Shown piece after piece: positions 1 through 10,109 of a stretch of DNA of 64,000 bases (position 1 is its first letter; every line of letters starts with the position of its first letter). The notes below the pieces were generated by a model that did no database searches, was not told the DNA's origin, and saw only the letters and a program-made list of their open reading frames with translations. The position numbers and the translations under genes were made by a program. The stretch lies in sequence record MK327931.1, one strand, 5' to 3'.

Positions 1-613
1 AATCAATGCACCGTACCATGTAACTCCTTTATCGTATGTTTCTAATGAAATAATATCTTTTTCACCAATTTCATAAGAAAGAACAACTGGTCTATTATAT
101 GACCATTTAACATTAGATCCCCAATTAACGAGGTTAGACCCTGTTTGCTGAGTTAATAGGATAGTAATTGAATAAACTTCAGTAGGAGCAGCACCAATAG
201 CAATAGTGGTATTTCTGTCAGATAAATTAATATTAAAAACTGTATTACCTGATAGGGGATTAATTAAAATATTATTAGAACTCAATACATTATATAATTT
301 GTTACTAGCACTATCATACAATGTTACCCATTCTGTTTCATGATTCTCATTAGTAGCTTTAGCTTTTATTTTTACATTATTTTCGGAAGAAGTCATTCCA
401 GTCCAGCCAGAAATAATAAAAGAACTGTTTTTATTTGTTCCAAATGATGCAATTACTGAATCACTAAGAGAACTATCTTCACCGTCAATAGATCCGAGTA
501 CTGACAATGTTAAAACCATCATTTTTAATGTCTACACCAGTTGCACCTGAAAAATTATTTTGAAATTTAATAACTCCGGTAGTGTGGATATCTGTGAAAA
601 TTTGTTGTGCCAT
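1..613 (-). CDS. Putative tail fibre/virion protein split by a +1 frameshift (43-aa ORF 613-485 plus ORF 522-<1 running off the window)
   Basis: RBS AAGGA before ATG at 613 (MAQQIFTDIH...). A second frame is open from 531 to base 1 and ends ...NWGSNVKWSYNRPVVLS...DIISLETYDKGVTWYG, a tail-fibre C-terminal-type module. Confidence 0.6.
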
Positions 614-641
614 ACTTAATCCTTGCGTTAATTTATATTGA

Positions 642-650
642 GTATTTATT
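642..650 (-). promoter_or_regulatory. Late-type promoter candidate (AATAAATA)
   Basis: One mismatch to T4 late TATAAATA, ~30 nt upstream of a structural gene start. Confidence 0.4.
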
Positions 651-690
651 GAGTATAATGGCATTTTTAGTACCATTATACTCATGTATG

Positions 691-1923
691 TTACTTATAC
701 CATTGCATTTCTCTGATATCAATGATAATTTTTGATGCTAATTTAATGTTTGGTTTTTTGGGAAGTACTGATTTCTTATATAGAACATCACGAATGTATT
801 GTACTTTATCATCGAAATATTCTAATACTTCTTCATACTTCCACTTACCATTACGAATATCCATCAACATTTGTGCATCAGGTCGTTTAACTTGAATAAT
901 TCCACTCTGTAAAGCTTCTTCTGCACTATTCAAAAGTCTAATTGTGTGCATAGCATGTTTACAATCGTATCCGTGTTGTGATTCTAAAACAGCACGTTTG
1001 GCATTACGATTTTCTTTCCATTTATGATAACTTTTCCTATTCTCACTATTCTCCTGATATTCTTTTTCGTTAAATTTTACAATTAGTTCTGGTTTGGTTT
1101 TCAACTCTTCAGTACTACGTTCTTTTGAAAAATAACGCAATGAACCATCATGGTTAATAGTGCTTTCATTAGGATTCTTAACAATCGCAAAAATGTTTTC
1201 TCCGTAATGAATTAGTTCATAACCATTATTAAAATTCAATAAATTGAAATCACGATCAAGAATTTTTTCAGTAGTGTAGTTATGCACTAATCTTACGAAA
1301 TGATATTGCTTTAATGGATTTTTCGAAACTAACTGCAATGATGTATCACGCATATATTTTTCAAAATCAATCTTTTTAGCATTAAATGGATGTAAGTTGG
1401 ATGTATCTAAACGTTCAACAAGATACTGTGGGAATGAATCATACATCCACGCAAGAACCTCATCGACAGGGTGTTCTTCTAAAATCTCATTTAATCGTTT
1501 TTCAGCAATACGCTCTTTATCCATCCAACCGTGATGATTTGTCATACGCTTAATCTGATTATATGCATATCCAGTGTATGAAAATGCAATCTTGGAACTA
1601 AGAAGTTTTTGGTTAAATGAACGAAGATAGTCATAAATTTCAGTACTTTCCACAATGTGTTCAGGTTCAACCCAAAGTGATTCAAGAATATTAGGGTTAG
1701 CTTCAGTGTATAATTTTAAATACTGATTCAACTCATAGAATTTAGTATCTTCTTCGCTTTTGTCAGCTACCTCTTTGACCTTATAGAAGGGTGTAAGAAT
1801 AAATTCTTTATTAGCAAGAAAAATACCACGATAATCAGTATCACTTTCCGGTGTACTGGTTCCGTAGGCTTGTGACCCAGCCAAGTGTTTCACTATTGTT
1901 TGTTCAATATATTGGTTATTCAT
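691..1923 (-). CDS. Pol-beta superfamily nucleotidyltransferase (RlaP/YcgL, T4 NrdC.11-like)
   Basis: GSQAYGTSTPESDTDYRGIF motif; NPNILESLW; C-terminal YDCKHAMHTIRLL. Confidence 0.85.
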   Translation of the reverse strand: MNNQYIEQTIVKHLAGSQAYGTSTPESDTDYRGIFLANKEFILTPFYKVKEVADKSEEDTKFYELNQYLKLYTEANPNILESLWVEPEHIVESTEIYDYLRSFNQKLLSSKIAFSYTGYAYNQIKRMTNHHGWMDKERIAEKRLNEILEEHPVDEVLAWMYDSFPQYLVERLDTSNLHPFNAKKIDFEKYMRDTSLQLVSKNPLKQYHFVRLVHNYTTEKILDRDFNLLNFNNGYELIHYGENIFAIVKNPNESTINHDGSLRYFSKERSTEELKTKPELIVKFNEKEYQENSENRKSYHKWKENRNAKRAVLESQHGYDCKHAMHTIRLLNSAEEALQSGIIQVKRPDAQMLMDIRNGKWKYEEVLEYFDDKVQYIRDVLYKKSVLPKKPNIKLASKIIIDIREMQWYK

Positions 1924-2321
1924 AGATAAATTGTTAACTCCTTTAAGAAACCATTATAATAACGATTAAAGTCATGTTCTAATGTTTTATAATCATCAAA
2001 ACTAAAACCTAAATTGATAATTGTATCTTCTTGAAAGAAAGTTTCTTCATTCATACATTCAATAGGTTCGTAATTAATTCCACCTTTGAAAACTTTTGTA
2101 AAAAACATTCCATCATTATTAATTTCAACATACATAAAATTATTTTCTGGGTCACGAGGACAGACGATATTCAGTGAACTATTTCCACTTGTATTGTACT
2201 CATAAGAAATTATATCAAAAGAATCAATACCATAACACTTAGATTTTTCTTTATCGCCAAATACTTTTCTATCTGTACTCATATTGCGTATAGTGCTATA
2301 GATATCATCAACTGTAGTCAT
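1920..2321 (-). CDS. Hypothetical protein, outlying member of the EExxFQxS/T family
   Basis: MNEETFFQEDTIINL. Confidence 0.6.
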   Translation of the reverse strand: MTTVDDIYSTIRNMSTDRKVFGDKEKSKCYGIDSFDIISYEYNTSGNSSLNIVCPRDPENNFMYVEINNDGMFFTKVFKGGINYEPIECMNEETFFQEDTIINLGFSFDDYKTLEHDFNRYYNGFLKELTIYL

Positions 2322-2323
2322 AG

Positions 2324-2833
2324 TTAACCACCATACTTTGACTTGTATGTTTCAAGTGATAAAGATATACGATTTTGCTTTTTAATTCTTTCATCAATAT
2401 CCTTTGAATTCTTCACACTTCGGTATACGTCAGCTAATAAATTATAATCTTCTTTATTTGAGCTATGCTGTGTCCAACCTATGTCTGTTTTAATACGAAC
2501 ATTTGCTTTATTTGACGAGTAAAAGAAACTGAAACCATTTGACCCATCAAAAATATCAAAAGTATCTACCCAATCACCATAAGGAAAACTCATCGGGACT
2601 GACTCGTGGTCGATTGTGATATCCGATAAATTTTTTGAACAGTACTTCGCAAAGTGATAAACAATTGGATCACATTTAGATAATTCATATTTGTATTCAA
2701 TGATAGTTTTTCTATTAGCATCATTGATAGCATATTCTTTCATCAATGGGCTTTTTTTGATGATAAGAGTCCACAGAAACGATTCTAATCCGGTTTCATC
2801 AACTTTTTGTTTCTTTTTGAAAAATGAAATCAT
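2324..2833 (-). CDS. Hypothetical protein, tandem paralog 1 of 3
   Basis: KKSPLMKEYAINDANRKTIIEYKYELSK. Confidence 0.7.
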   Translation of the reverse strand: MISFFKKKQKVDETGLESFLWTLIIKKSPLMKEYAINDANRKTIIEYKYELSKCDPIVYHFAKYCSKNLSDITIDHESVPMSFPYGDWVDTFDIFDGSNGFSFFYSSNKANVRIKTDIGWTQHSSNKEDYNLLADVYRSVKNSKDIDERIKKQNRISLSLETYKSKYGG

Positions 2834-3351
2834 TTATATAAACCCTTAATTTTCTGTCTATTATGTATATCATTTTGCTGGATTTTCAATTTAGTAAGGT
2901 TGTTTCTTACACCTTCAACTCCACGCATTATTTGTAACATAATTAGTGATTCGTCATATGTTAGTACATTGCTATTATTATCGATATATACTTTCACTCC
3001 ACTTTCAAGATAATCATTTTCTTTGGAGTTAAAGTTTCTAATAGCAAACTTAACGCCATTTGATGTATCACTGAAAACATATCGTTCCGCACCGTAGAAT
3101 GTTTTTCCACGAAATAAACCGCCGTCTTCCCACTTCCAACGACTAGATTCATAATCATTAACGTAATCAATGATTAAAGAAAGTAAAGGGTGTTTGCTCA
3201 ATTTATATTTTGCATCTAACAGGATACGTCTATCATTATCTGTGGTGATAATATCCTTTAGTGAGTAGCTTTTAGATATAATTTTAAAGATAATTTCATG
3301 CCAAATTAAAGTACTGTTTTGTTTTCCAACTGATCCAAAAAACATATCCAT
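2830..3351 (-). CDS. Hypothetical protein, tandem paralog 2 of 3
   Basis: SKSYSLKDIITTDNDRRILLDAKYKLSK. Confidence 0.7.
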   Translation of the reverse strand: MDMFFGSVGKQNSTLIWHEIIFKIISKSYSLKDIITTDNDRRILLDAKYKLSKHPLLSLIIDYVNDYESSRWKWEDGGLFRGKTFYGAERYVFSDTSNGVKFAIRNFNSKENDYLESGVKVYIDNNSNVLTYDESLIMLQIMRGVEGVRNNLTKLKIQQNDIHNRQKIKGLYK

Positions 3352-3357
3352 TCCTCA

Positions 3358-3924
3358 TTAGTATAAATCAGTAATGTCTTTGTATGCATTAATCTGTTTT
3401 TGTTGTAATGAAAGTTCATTGAGTTTAGTTACCATTTTATCTACACCAACACGTGTATAGAAAATAATAAATGAATCTAAATTGCCTAGAGTAATTCTTG
3501 AACTGAAATTTGAAAGTTTTCTTGCATAAACATAAATTTCTTCTTCACTTGGTAAACGTTTCTCAATCGGCCAGCTTTCCACACCATTCGGCTCATAATC
3601 GATTTCAAATTCAACTCCCATCACTGTGTCTTGAATGAGATCCGTATATGAACCACCGTAAAAATACTCTCTTGGTTTGGCTCTCCAACGAGGACTAAAT
3701 GGGTCAGATGCGTATTCTTTTACAAATTTGTAAAAGGACATTTTACTGAGCATATACTTCATCTCAATTAGTGCTTTGCGGTCATCATCAGTTTTAAACT
3801 CTGCTTTGAGCGATGGACTTTTACACAGTAACTTAACTAAATTGATGTACATCTTTAATGTACGTTGTTCTTTCATTTCTTTGATTTTGTGACGTTTTGG
3901 TGGCGGTAATAAAGATTTGACCAT
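3358..3924 (-). CDS. Hypothetical protein, tandem paralog 3 of 3
   Basis: CKSPSLKAEFKTDDDRKALIEMKYMLSK; RBS AGGAGG. Confidence 0.7.
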   Translation of the reverse strand: MVKSLLPPPKRHKIKEMKEQRTLKMYINLVKLLCKSPSLKAEFKTDDDRKALIEMKYMLSKMSFYKFVKEYASDPFSPRWRAKPREYFYGGSYTDLIQDTVMGVEFEIDYEPNGVESWPIEKRLPSEEEIYVYARKLSNFSSRITLGNLDSFIIFYTRVGVDKMVTKLNELSLQQKQINAYKDITDLY

Positions 3925-3946
3925 AATTTCCTCCTATTTTTATTCA

Positions 3947-3975
3947 ATTATACACATAAAAGAAAAGCCCGTCAA
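3947..3975 (-). promoter_or_regulatory. Sigma70-type promoter TTGACG-17-TATAAT
   Basis: Near-consensus hexamers with exact 17-nt spacing; -35 lies in the terminator hairpin. Confidence 0.8.
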
Positions 3976-3987
3976 TAGACGAGCTTT
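3957..3987 (-). terminator. Intrinsic terminator of the tail-protein operon
   Basis: Stem AAAGCTCGTC/GACGGGCTTT followed by a U-rich tract. Confidence 0.8.
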
Positions 3988-3991
3988 AAAT

Positions 3992-6721
3992 TTATTTCCA
4001 ACGTGTACCTGGACCTGATGGTACACCAGTACTGGCAGGTATCGCTGAACCACGTTTCGTTGTACTTGGACGATATGTCAAAAAACGAGTTACTTTTTCT
4101 GTATCAATTGAAGTTATTCCTGAAGTTCCAGTAACTATCTTACCAATGTAAGTGCTAGTTAAAGATTCATCAATTGTTTCAGTACTAATAACATATGACG
4201 CTTTCTTAGTATTCCTGTTCATTTGTATATACAAATAGAACGTAGTATTAGCTGGGTTACTTTTTACAGTACTTAAATCAACACTTTGTATAGGTAGTCT
4301 GTCGAAAATTCCACCTAAAAACACCGGAACTTCACGTGTAAAGTACACTGAGAATCCTTGTGCAACGTCTTGTGATACTACCACAATCTTTTCTTTAACG
4401 CTACCATTTCCACTAATTAAACCATCCATTTCAGCAGATGTTGTACCAAAAACGCTGAATACAGATTTGGTTTGATAGTCAGAATCTTGAAAATTGTAAT
4501 ATCCAAAACCAACACCAGGAATAACACCATGTTGATATGCTGCACCAAGTTGGATGTAACTAGATGATAAAAAACGATTTGATGTTATGACACCATCTAC
4601 TGTTTTAGCTATCATCATCTTAAATTGTGCATTACCTGGTTGTGAAAATTGATGAACAGCATCAACACCAATGTAACCAAATCCTGAATATTTTGCAACT
4701 GTTAGACCAGTACAACGTTTCATATATGCTTCAGTAATAATTCCTGTAACAGAACTAAGTGTCTCATATCTAGTACTTACCAATGTAGCTGAAGTTATGT
4801 TAGATCCAGATAATACAACATCAACTTCGGCATAGATTGCATAACCTTGGTTATTGTTAAGATTATATGCTGAAACTACTGCAATGGATTTAGAAAAAGT
4901 ATTATCAGGTACATAATATAATACAATTTGTCCAGATAGTGTACCAACAATGCCAGAGTTTCCTAGATTAGCAAAAATATCTTGTTTTAATGATTCTAAT
5001 ACCGTTGGTTCTATTGTATATGTTTCATCAAATTCTAAAGTATCTGGGTTTAATAATCCACCACTTGTTTTATATACACCTTCAATGAATGATGTTCCAT
5101 AACATCTAACACTACCATCGGTATCAACAAGAGAAATCATAGCAGTGTATGTAAAATCATCACCTATTTGTTTACGATTAGATTGTGGTGCAAAACCATT
5201 TAATGTAGTATTATTTTGAACTGAGTTATATTGATATGTTGGTTGTGAGCCTATTTCAGAAAAAACAGTATTATTATAATTATATGTTACATCATCATAC
5301 GTACCAGAACATGCTAATAATATTTTTCTATTATCGATGAAACGTACACCTAATAGGTTTGCACCAACAGCACTACCAAAAACTGGTAAAACGTTTGCAT
5401 TTATAACGTTACTTGCGGATCTAGTACTAGCAACCCATGAATCAAACGGTGTACCACTAACCTTATATCGTTGTAGACCATAAAATTCAGTTGAACTCCA
5501 TCTAAATTTAGATGCAAATACTAAACCATCTTTGGTTTGACATAAACCACCTGCGTTTCCTAATACACCAGCAGCAGTTGTCCCAGTAAAGTTGACCATA
5601 TTGATTTCAAATGGGTTAGAAACTTGAAATCCATTATCATATGAAACTGTAGCAGGAGCACGAGCAGAACCATCTAGTGACATAGATTTTGAGTTTATAT
5701 TATAAACAAAACTGATACCAGTACCATACACTGTTGAAATATATAAAGGTGTAACCATTCTATGGGTTGGGTATAAAGTTACACGTATTTTGGATAAATC
5801 AGTACTAACGTTTGCTTGTATATTAAAGTCTGTATAATCCGAAAATTCTACACGTGAGACTGGTGATGTAACTTCGAATAATGAATCCGAGCTAGTACCA
5901 ACACTATATAATCTATCAAACACTCTTATGTTATTAGATGCAGAATAACTTGTATTTCGAACAGTTTGCCCTGATAATCCAGTAACTTTTGTTAATGATG
6001 CCATTGAGCTTGCTTTCACATCACTTAGCTCTACTGTATAAATTGAAAGTGCTAATCCTAAATTAGAAACACTTTTATCTTTACACCAAATATATACTTT
6101 TGTTCCAACAATATGAGTATATATAGGCATATCATTACCAAAAGAAGTACTTGGTACTTTAGCATGAATATGTGATACTTCGTTGAATGTACCATTAGTT
6201 ATAGTAAAAATATAATTATCTTCTGTACTTAAACATCCAAGCATTTCATAACCATTAGAGCCAATAAAATACTTAATATTCTCTGTACTACTCATAATTG
6301 AAGGTTTATACATTGAATTGGTTGAAATAACACTTTCTTGTGAAATCATGGTTATATTTCTGATTTCTCGTATAAATGAATAATAAAAACCTTTAGTACT
6401 ACCATTGGTTCCGCTACGCAGAACAACGGCGGTTCCATCATCTTCAATAATTGTTGGCTGAACTACTTGGTCACTTGACATAGGTGTAGCACCTTCATAC
6501 GACCCACTTACGTTTAATGGCAAGTAATCCATTTCTCCTACACGTGATATAGGCAACATATCTAAAATACTTTGAACTTCTGAACGCTTATATATTGGAT
6601 ATTGAACAATTCCAGTATTGGCATTCGGTGAGGTTCCATTAAAAGTACGCATAGCGTACCTTTGTCCAATTGCCAAGTTCCCAAGGATCTCGGCACTTCC
6701 TATAATTCGTTTTGATGACAT
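3992..6721 (-). CDS. Large putative virion tail/baseplate-associated protein (~909 aa, true start MSSKRIIG)
   Basis: S/T/G/N-rich beta-type composition; paralog of 7337..10033; RBS AAGGA before 6721. Confidence 0.7.
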   Translation of the reverse strand: MSSKRIIGSAEILGNLAIGQRYAMRTFNGTSPNANTGIVQYPIYKRSEVQSILDMLPISRVGEMDYLPLNVSGSYEGATPMSSDQVVQPTIIEDDGTAVVLRSGTNGSTKGFYYSFIREIRNITMISQESVISTNSMYKPSIMSSTENIKYFIGSNGYEMLGCLSTEDNYIFTITNGTFNEVSHIHAKVPSTSFGNDMPIYTHIVGTKVYIWCKDKSVSNLGLALSIYTVELSDVKASSMASLTKVTGLSGQTVRNTSYSASNNIRVFDRLYSVGTSSDSLFEVTSPVSRVEFSDYTDFNIQANVSTDLSKIRVTLYPTHRMVTPLYISTVYGTGISFVYNINSKSMSLDGSARAPATVSYDNGFQVSNPFEINMVNFTGTTAAGVLGNAGGLCQTKDGLVFASKFRWSSTEFYGLQRYKVSGTPFDSWVASTRSASNVINANVLPVFGSAVGANLLGVRFIDNRKILLACSGTYDDVTYNYNNTVFSEIGSQPTYQYNSVQNNTTLNGFAPQSNRKQIGDDFTYTAMISLVDTDGSVRCYGTSFIEGVYKTSGGLLNPDTLEFDETYTIEPTVLESLKQDIFANLGNSGIVGTLSGQIVLYYVPDNTFSKSIAVVSAYNLNNNQGYAIYAEVDVVLSGSNITSATLVSTRYETLSSVTGIITEAYMKRCTGLTVAKYSGFGYIGVDAVHQFSQPGNAQFKMMIAKTVDGVITSNRFLSSSYIQLGAAYQHGVIPGVGFGYYNFQDSDYQTKSVFSVFGTTSAEMDGLISGNGSVKEKIVVVSQDVAQGFSVYFTREVPVFLGGIFDRLPIQSVDLSTVKSNPANTTFYLYIQMNRNTKKASYVISTETIDESLTSTYIGKIVTGTSGITSIDTEKVTRFLTYRPSTTKRGSAIPASTGVPSGPGTRWK

Positions 6722-6737
6722 CTTTCTTTTCCTTAAT

Positions 6738-7325
6738 TTACCAACCAATTGTACCAGTTTCTGATGGTTTTCCAGTACTGACTGGGAATGAAGAACCTTT
6801 TTGTGTAACACTAGGTCTATATGTACTAAATCTGGATACTTTATTAATGTTTATATTTGTAATACCACTTGTACCAACGGTCAGTGTTCCAATAAACATT
6901 ATAATTTCAGATTCTTGTATTTGTGTTGGTGATATTTTATAAATTGGTTCACCGAGAACTAACGTTGCATATACATATTGTGTTTGTGTTCCAGATGAAA
7001 CAGTTGAAGCAAAAATAGAAACTGCTGGAAATTTATAAAGATAACCACCAATAAATGATGGTATCTGTCTATTAAATGTAAGACTATAGCCTGATGAAGT
7101 AATATTTAGACTAGCGTCATCATACAATTCTCCGTATTGTGTAAGTGGTAATCCATTGACAATAAAGTTAACTTCATCTTTGGTAATAGAGGGGAATGTA
7201 CATTCCCCATTTGAATTTGTTGGGTAATAAGTCATATTATTACCTAATACACCAAGTCCAGTACTTTTACCCTGTACTGTAACTTGTTGCATTGCCTTAA
7301 GGTCTGCTCTTATTTTAAATGCCAT
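6738..7325 (-). CDS. Short paralog of the flanking tail proteins (shared C-terminal domain)
   Basis: C-terminus ...YRPSVTQKGSSFPVSTGKPSETGTIGW matches both neighbours. Confidence 0.7.
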   Translation of the reverse strand: MAFKIRADLKAMQQVTVQGKSTGLGVLGNNMTYYPTNSNGECTFPSITKDEVNFIVNGLPLTQYGELYDDASLNITSSGYSLTFNRQIPSFIGGYLYKFPAVSIFASTVSSGTQTQYVYATLVLGEPIYKISPTQIQESEIIMFIGTLTVGTSGITNININKVSRFSTYRPSVTQKGSSFPVSTGKPSETGTIGW

Positions 7326-7336
7326 TATGTAATCCT

Positions 7337-10033
7337 TTACCAGTTTATGGTTCCTGTTTGTGATGGTAGACCGTAGCTAACTGGGAACGATGAACCTGCT
7401 GATTCAAGTGAAGCACCAAATATATCTAAACGTGAACGTTTTTGTATATTAATAGTTTCGATTTGAATTGCGTTAGTTTGAATAGTACCTATCCAAAAAA
7501 TATTATATGCAGTTGTTCCTGTTTCGGAAATAACATCAGTAGTTATGTAGTAGTTTGCCAACCCTTGTTCTAATTTAACATATACATAAAATGTTGTATT
7601 TGCTGGATTAGATTTTATAGTTCTCAAATCAATATTTGAAACTGGTAGTGTAAAAGACTTACCTGATAGTATAACTGGTGTTTCCTCTGTAAAATAAACA
7701 ATAAACCCTTGAGCAACGTCTTGTGATACTACGTTAATTGGGCTACCTTGTGGAGTCCAGTTATTATAGTCGGCTATCGTTGTTCCATATTTTTGAAATG
7801 ACATTTTATTTGTATAATCCAGTGGATCAAAAATACCAAATCCAATACCAGGCAACGCAGTGGGTTGTCTTCCTTGTTCATAACTGGCATGAGAACCAGT
7901 AATAACAAAACTTGTAAATTGTGCAGTTGATTTAGTTACATATGCTCTAAATTGATGAGTTGCTGTATTTCCTATTGTTGGATGTGTTAATGGGTCAGAA
8001 CCACCAATGAAGTAGAATGAACCACCATCATAAATTGTTAACCCAACAGAAGAAGATGCAATCGAACCATTACCATTAGGTGTAAAGTTTTCACCATATG
8101 TATTTTCTAGTACTAAACGCTTAAAGGTAATAGATGTTATATTTCCAACTCTAGTATTAACGTTAACTTCAGCAATTCTAATATAGTTTTTATAGTCATT
8201 TGTTATAGTACTCAACATAACAAAAGCCGGAATGTCAGTTTGTTGTGGAACAAATAATGTCATATCACGATAAGCTTGTGAAGATAAGTTCCAGTCACTT
8301 AGAACTTTAGCATATTCTGTATTTCTAAAGTTATCTAGAACTGATTGTGTAACACTAATAACACCAGTACCATTTAAGTTTTTATCATATGAAAATGATT
8401 GTGAATAACGTTGACCAACCATAAAAATACCGCCATTAGTTGTTACAGTTGAACCTGAAATACTACTAATGAAAATTCTATTATTGGCATTATCATCTAC
8501 ATAACCACGTTCAGTTGTAGGTTCATAACCTTGTATGGTTCCTAAAGATAATGATTTAAATGTAAAATTAGGAGTACTTTTATGAACTGCATATGATGGT
8601 CTAAACCCACCACTACCAGACGCACGTGAATATTGTTTAGTACTATTATCTGGTAACAACTCCACACCATTAATAAATGAACCAACTGCTGAACCAAAGG
8701 ATGGTCTAACAACTCCACCTTTAAAATCAGTTGATTGTACTGCACGAACGTTAATCATACTATAAACAATTTGTATAGGAAACTTTGCTTTTTGCATAAG
8801 TAATGGTTCTGCTAAGTTTGGACACACAGTACAAAAAGCTTCACCTGAACTTAAGTAAAAATAAGAACTATAAATGTTTCTTGCATTAGCATGATTATAT
8901 AATGGATCATTATTTAAAACGTTACCTGTAGGCACTAATGCAGAACCAGTATTGGTTATAACCAATGGTGCTTGATATGAACCTATGTCATTCCCAGCGT
9001 CTAGGGTGCATTGTTTAGTACTCATATTAAATGCAAAGCTGTAGCTATGTTGTGGTCGGGCATTATATGTCGCCATTGTAAACCATGCATCACCATTCAT
9101 TCTAAAACGAAAGTTCTGTGTTCCTGGTTGCTGTGCAACATACAAATCAATGGATGTCATATAAATCCCAATACCACGTAGGTTTTGTGGTACATACACA
9201 TAAGGCTTATCTGCTATATTAGTTGAAGTTACTTGATTAGTAATAACCATGTTATTCTGTGCAGAATAAGTTGTATTATAGAATGTTTTTGTAGTCCATC
9301 CTGTAATACGAGTTGCCGTATATGTTCCATTGCTAATATTATATACAACTCGGACAACAACTAACTGTAGTTGGTTATTTTCATTAAGAACACTAAAGAC
9401 ATAGATTGAACCATCTTCAGCCATCATTGCAAATTCTATACCACCTTCAGGGCAAATATCTGCTTGATTTACAAAAAAACCAGTATGTAATTTATCATCT
9501 AATGTACCATTAGTAATAGAAATAAACAATCCATTAGTACTGTTAGAAGTGTCTACATATCTACCGAGTAAAATATTTGGATCAGTATTGTATAAGCCAA
9601 TTGCGACGCGATTTGAACCGAAAAAACCAGGCTTGTATTGACGACTGGTGTTAATTGTACGGCTCATGTCATCAACTGATAATGCGTTAGCCAAATATGA
9701 ATAATATAATCCCTCAACACTACCGTTTGTACCACTACGTAATAATACGAGTGTACCATCGTTTTCTAATAAAATTTTATTTCTACGTTGGGACTGGTTT
9801 TCAGATGCACCATTGAAATCACCAGATACACCAGCAGGAAGATAGTTTTGTGACCCATAATGGGAAATTGGCATCATACTGACGATATCTAGTACTTCAT
9901 CTCTTGAATAAGTATCTAGCTCCATATTGCCATTAGCATCAAATACTTGATCATTGATACCTTGTATTGTTCTTTTACCATTAACTGTCACATTATGTGT
10001 GACATCCAAGCCACCATATATTTTCTTTGACAT
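7337..10033 (-). CDS. Large putative virion tail/baseplate-associated protein (898 aa)
   Basis: Shares ENDGTLVLLRSGTNGS and VVSQDVAQGF.VYFT motifs and the C-terminal domain with 3992..6721. Confidence 0.7.
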   Translation of the reverse strand: MSKKIYGGLDVTHNVTVNGKRTIQGINDQVFDANGNMELDTYSRDEVLDIVSMMPISHYGSQNYLPAGVSGDFNGASENQSQRRNKILLENDGTLVLLRSGTNGSVEGLYYSYLANALSVDDMSRTINTSRQYKPGFFGSNRVAIGLYNTDPNILLGRYVDTSNSTNGLFISITNGTLDDKLHTGFFVNQADICPEGGIEFAMMAEDGSIYVFSVLNENNQLQLVVVRVVYNISNGTYTATRITGWTTKTFYNTTYSAQNNMVITNQVTSTNIADKPYVYVPQNLRGIGIYMTSIDLYVAQQPGTQNFRFRMNGDAWFTMATYNARPQHSYSFAFNMSTKQCTLDAGNDIGSYQAPLVITNTGSALVPTGNVLNNDPLYNHANARNIYSSYFYLSSGEAFCTVCPNLAEPLLMQKAKFPIQIVYSMINVRAVQSTDFKGGVVRPSFGSAVGSFINGVELLPDNSTKQYSRASGSGGFRPSYAVHKSTPNFTFKSLSLGTIQGYEPTTERGYVDDNANNRIFISSISGSTVTTNGGIFMVGQRYSQSFSYDKNLNGTGVISVTQSVLDNFRNTEYAKVLSDWNLSSQAYRDMTLFVPQQTDIPAFVMLSTITNDYKNYIRIAEVNVNTRVGNITSITFKRLVLENTYGENFTPNGNGSIASSSVGLTIYDGGSFYFIGGSDPLTHPTIGNTATHQFRAYVTKSTAQFTSFVITGSHASYEQGRQPTALPGIGFGIFDPLDYTNKMSFQKYGTTIADYNNWTPQGSPINVVSQDVAQGFIVYFTEETPVILSGKSFTLPVSNIDLRTIKSNPANTTFYVYVKLEQGLANYYITTDVISETGTTAYNIFWIGTIQTNAIQIETINIQKRSRLDIFGASLESAGSSFPVSYGLPSQTGTINW

Positions 10034-10067
10034 TATATATCCCTTATAAATTAGATATTAGTTAATG

Positions 10068-10075
10068 TATTTATA
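10068..10075 (-). promoter_or_regulatory. T4-type late promoter TATAAATA
   Basis: Exact T4 late consensus ~35 nt upstream of the tail-protein operon. Confidence 0.65.
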
Positions 10076-10083
10076 TACATAAC

Positions 10084-10106
10084 AAAAAAGCACCCAATGG
10101 GTGCTT
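10084..10106 (-). terminator. Intrinsic terminator after nrdG
   Basis: AAGCACCC/GGGTGCTT stem plus U6. Confidence 0.8.
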
Positions 10107-10109
10107 ATG

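Noticed and set aside
6721-6811. Overlap of the tail genes and the N-terminal extensions of nrdD (12698-12761), 23431.., 45199.. and 49343..
   Set aside because: Artefacts of first-ATG ORF calling; RBS-supported downstream starts remove the overlaps
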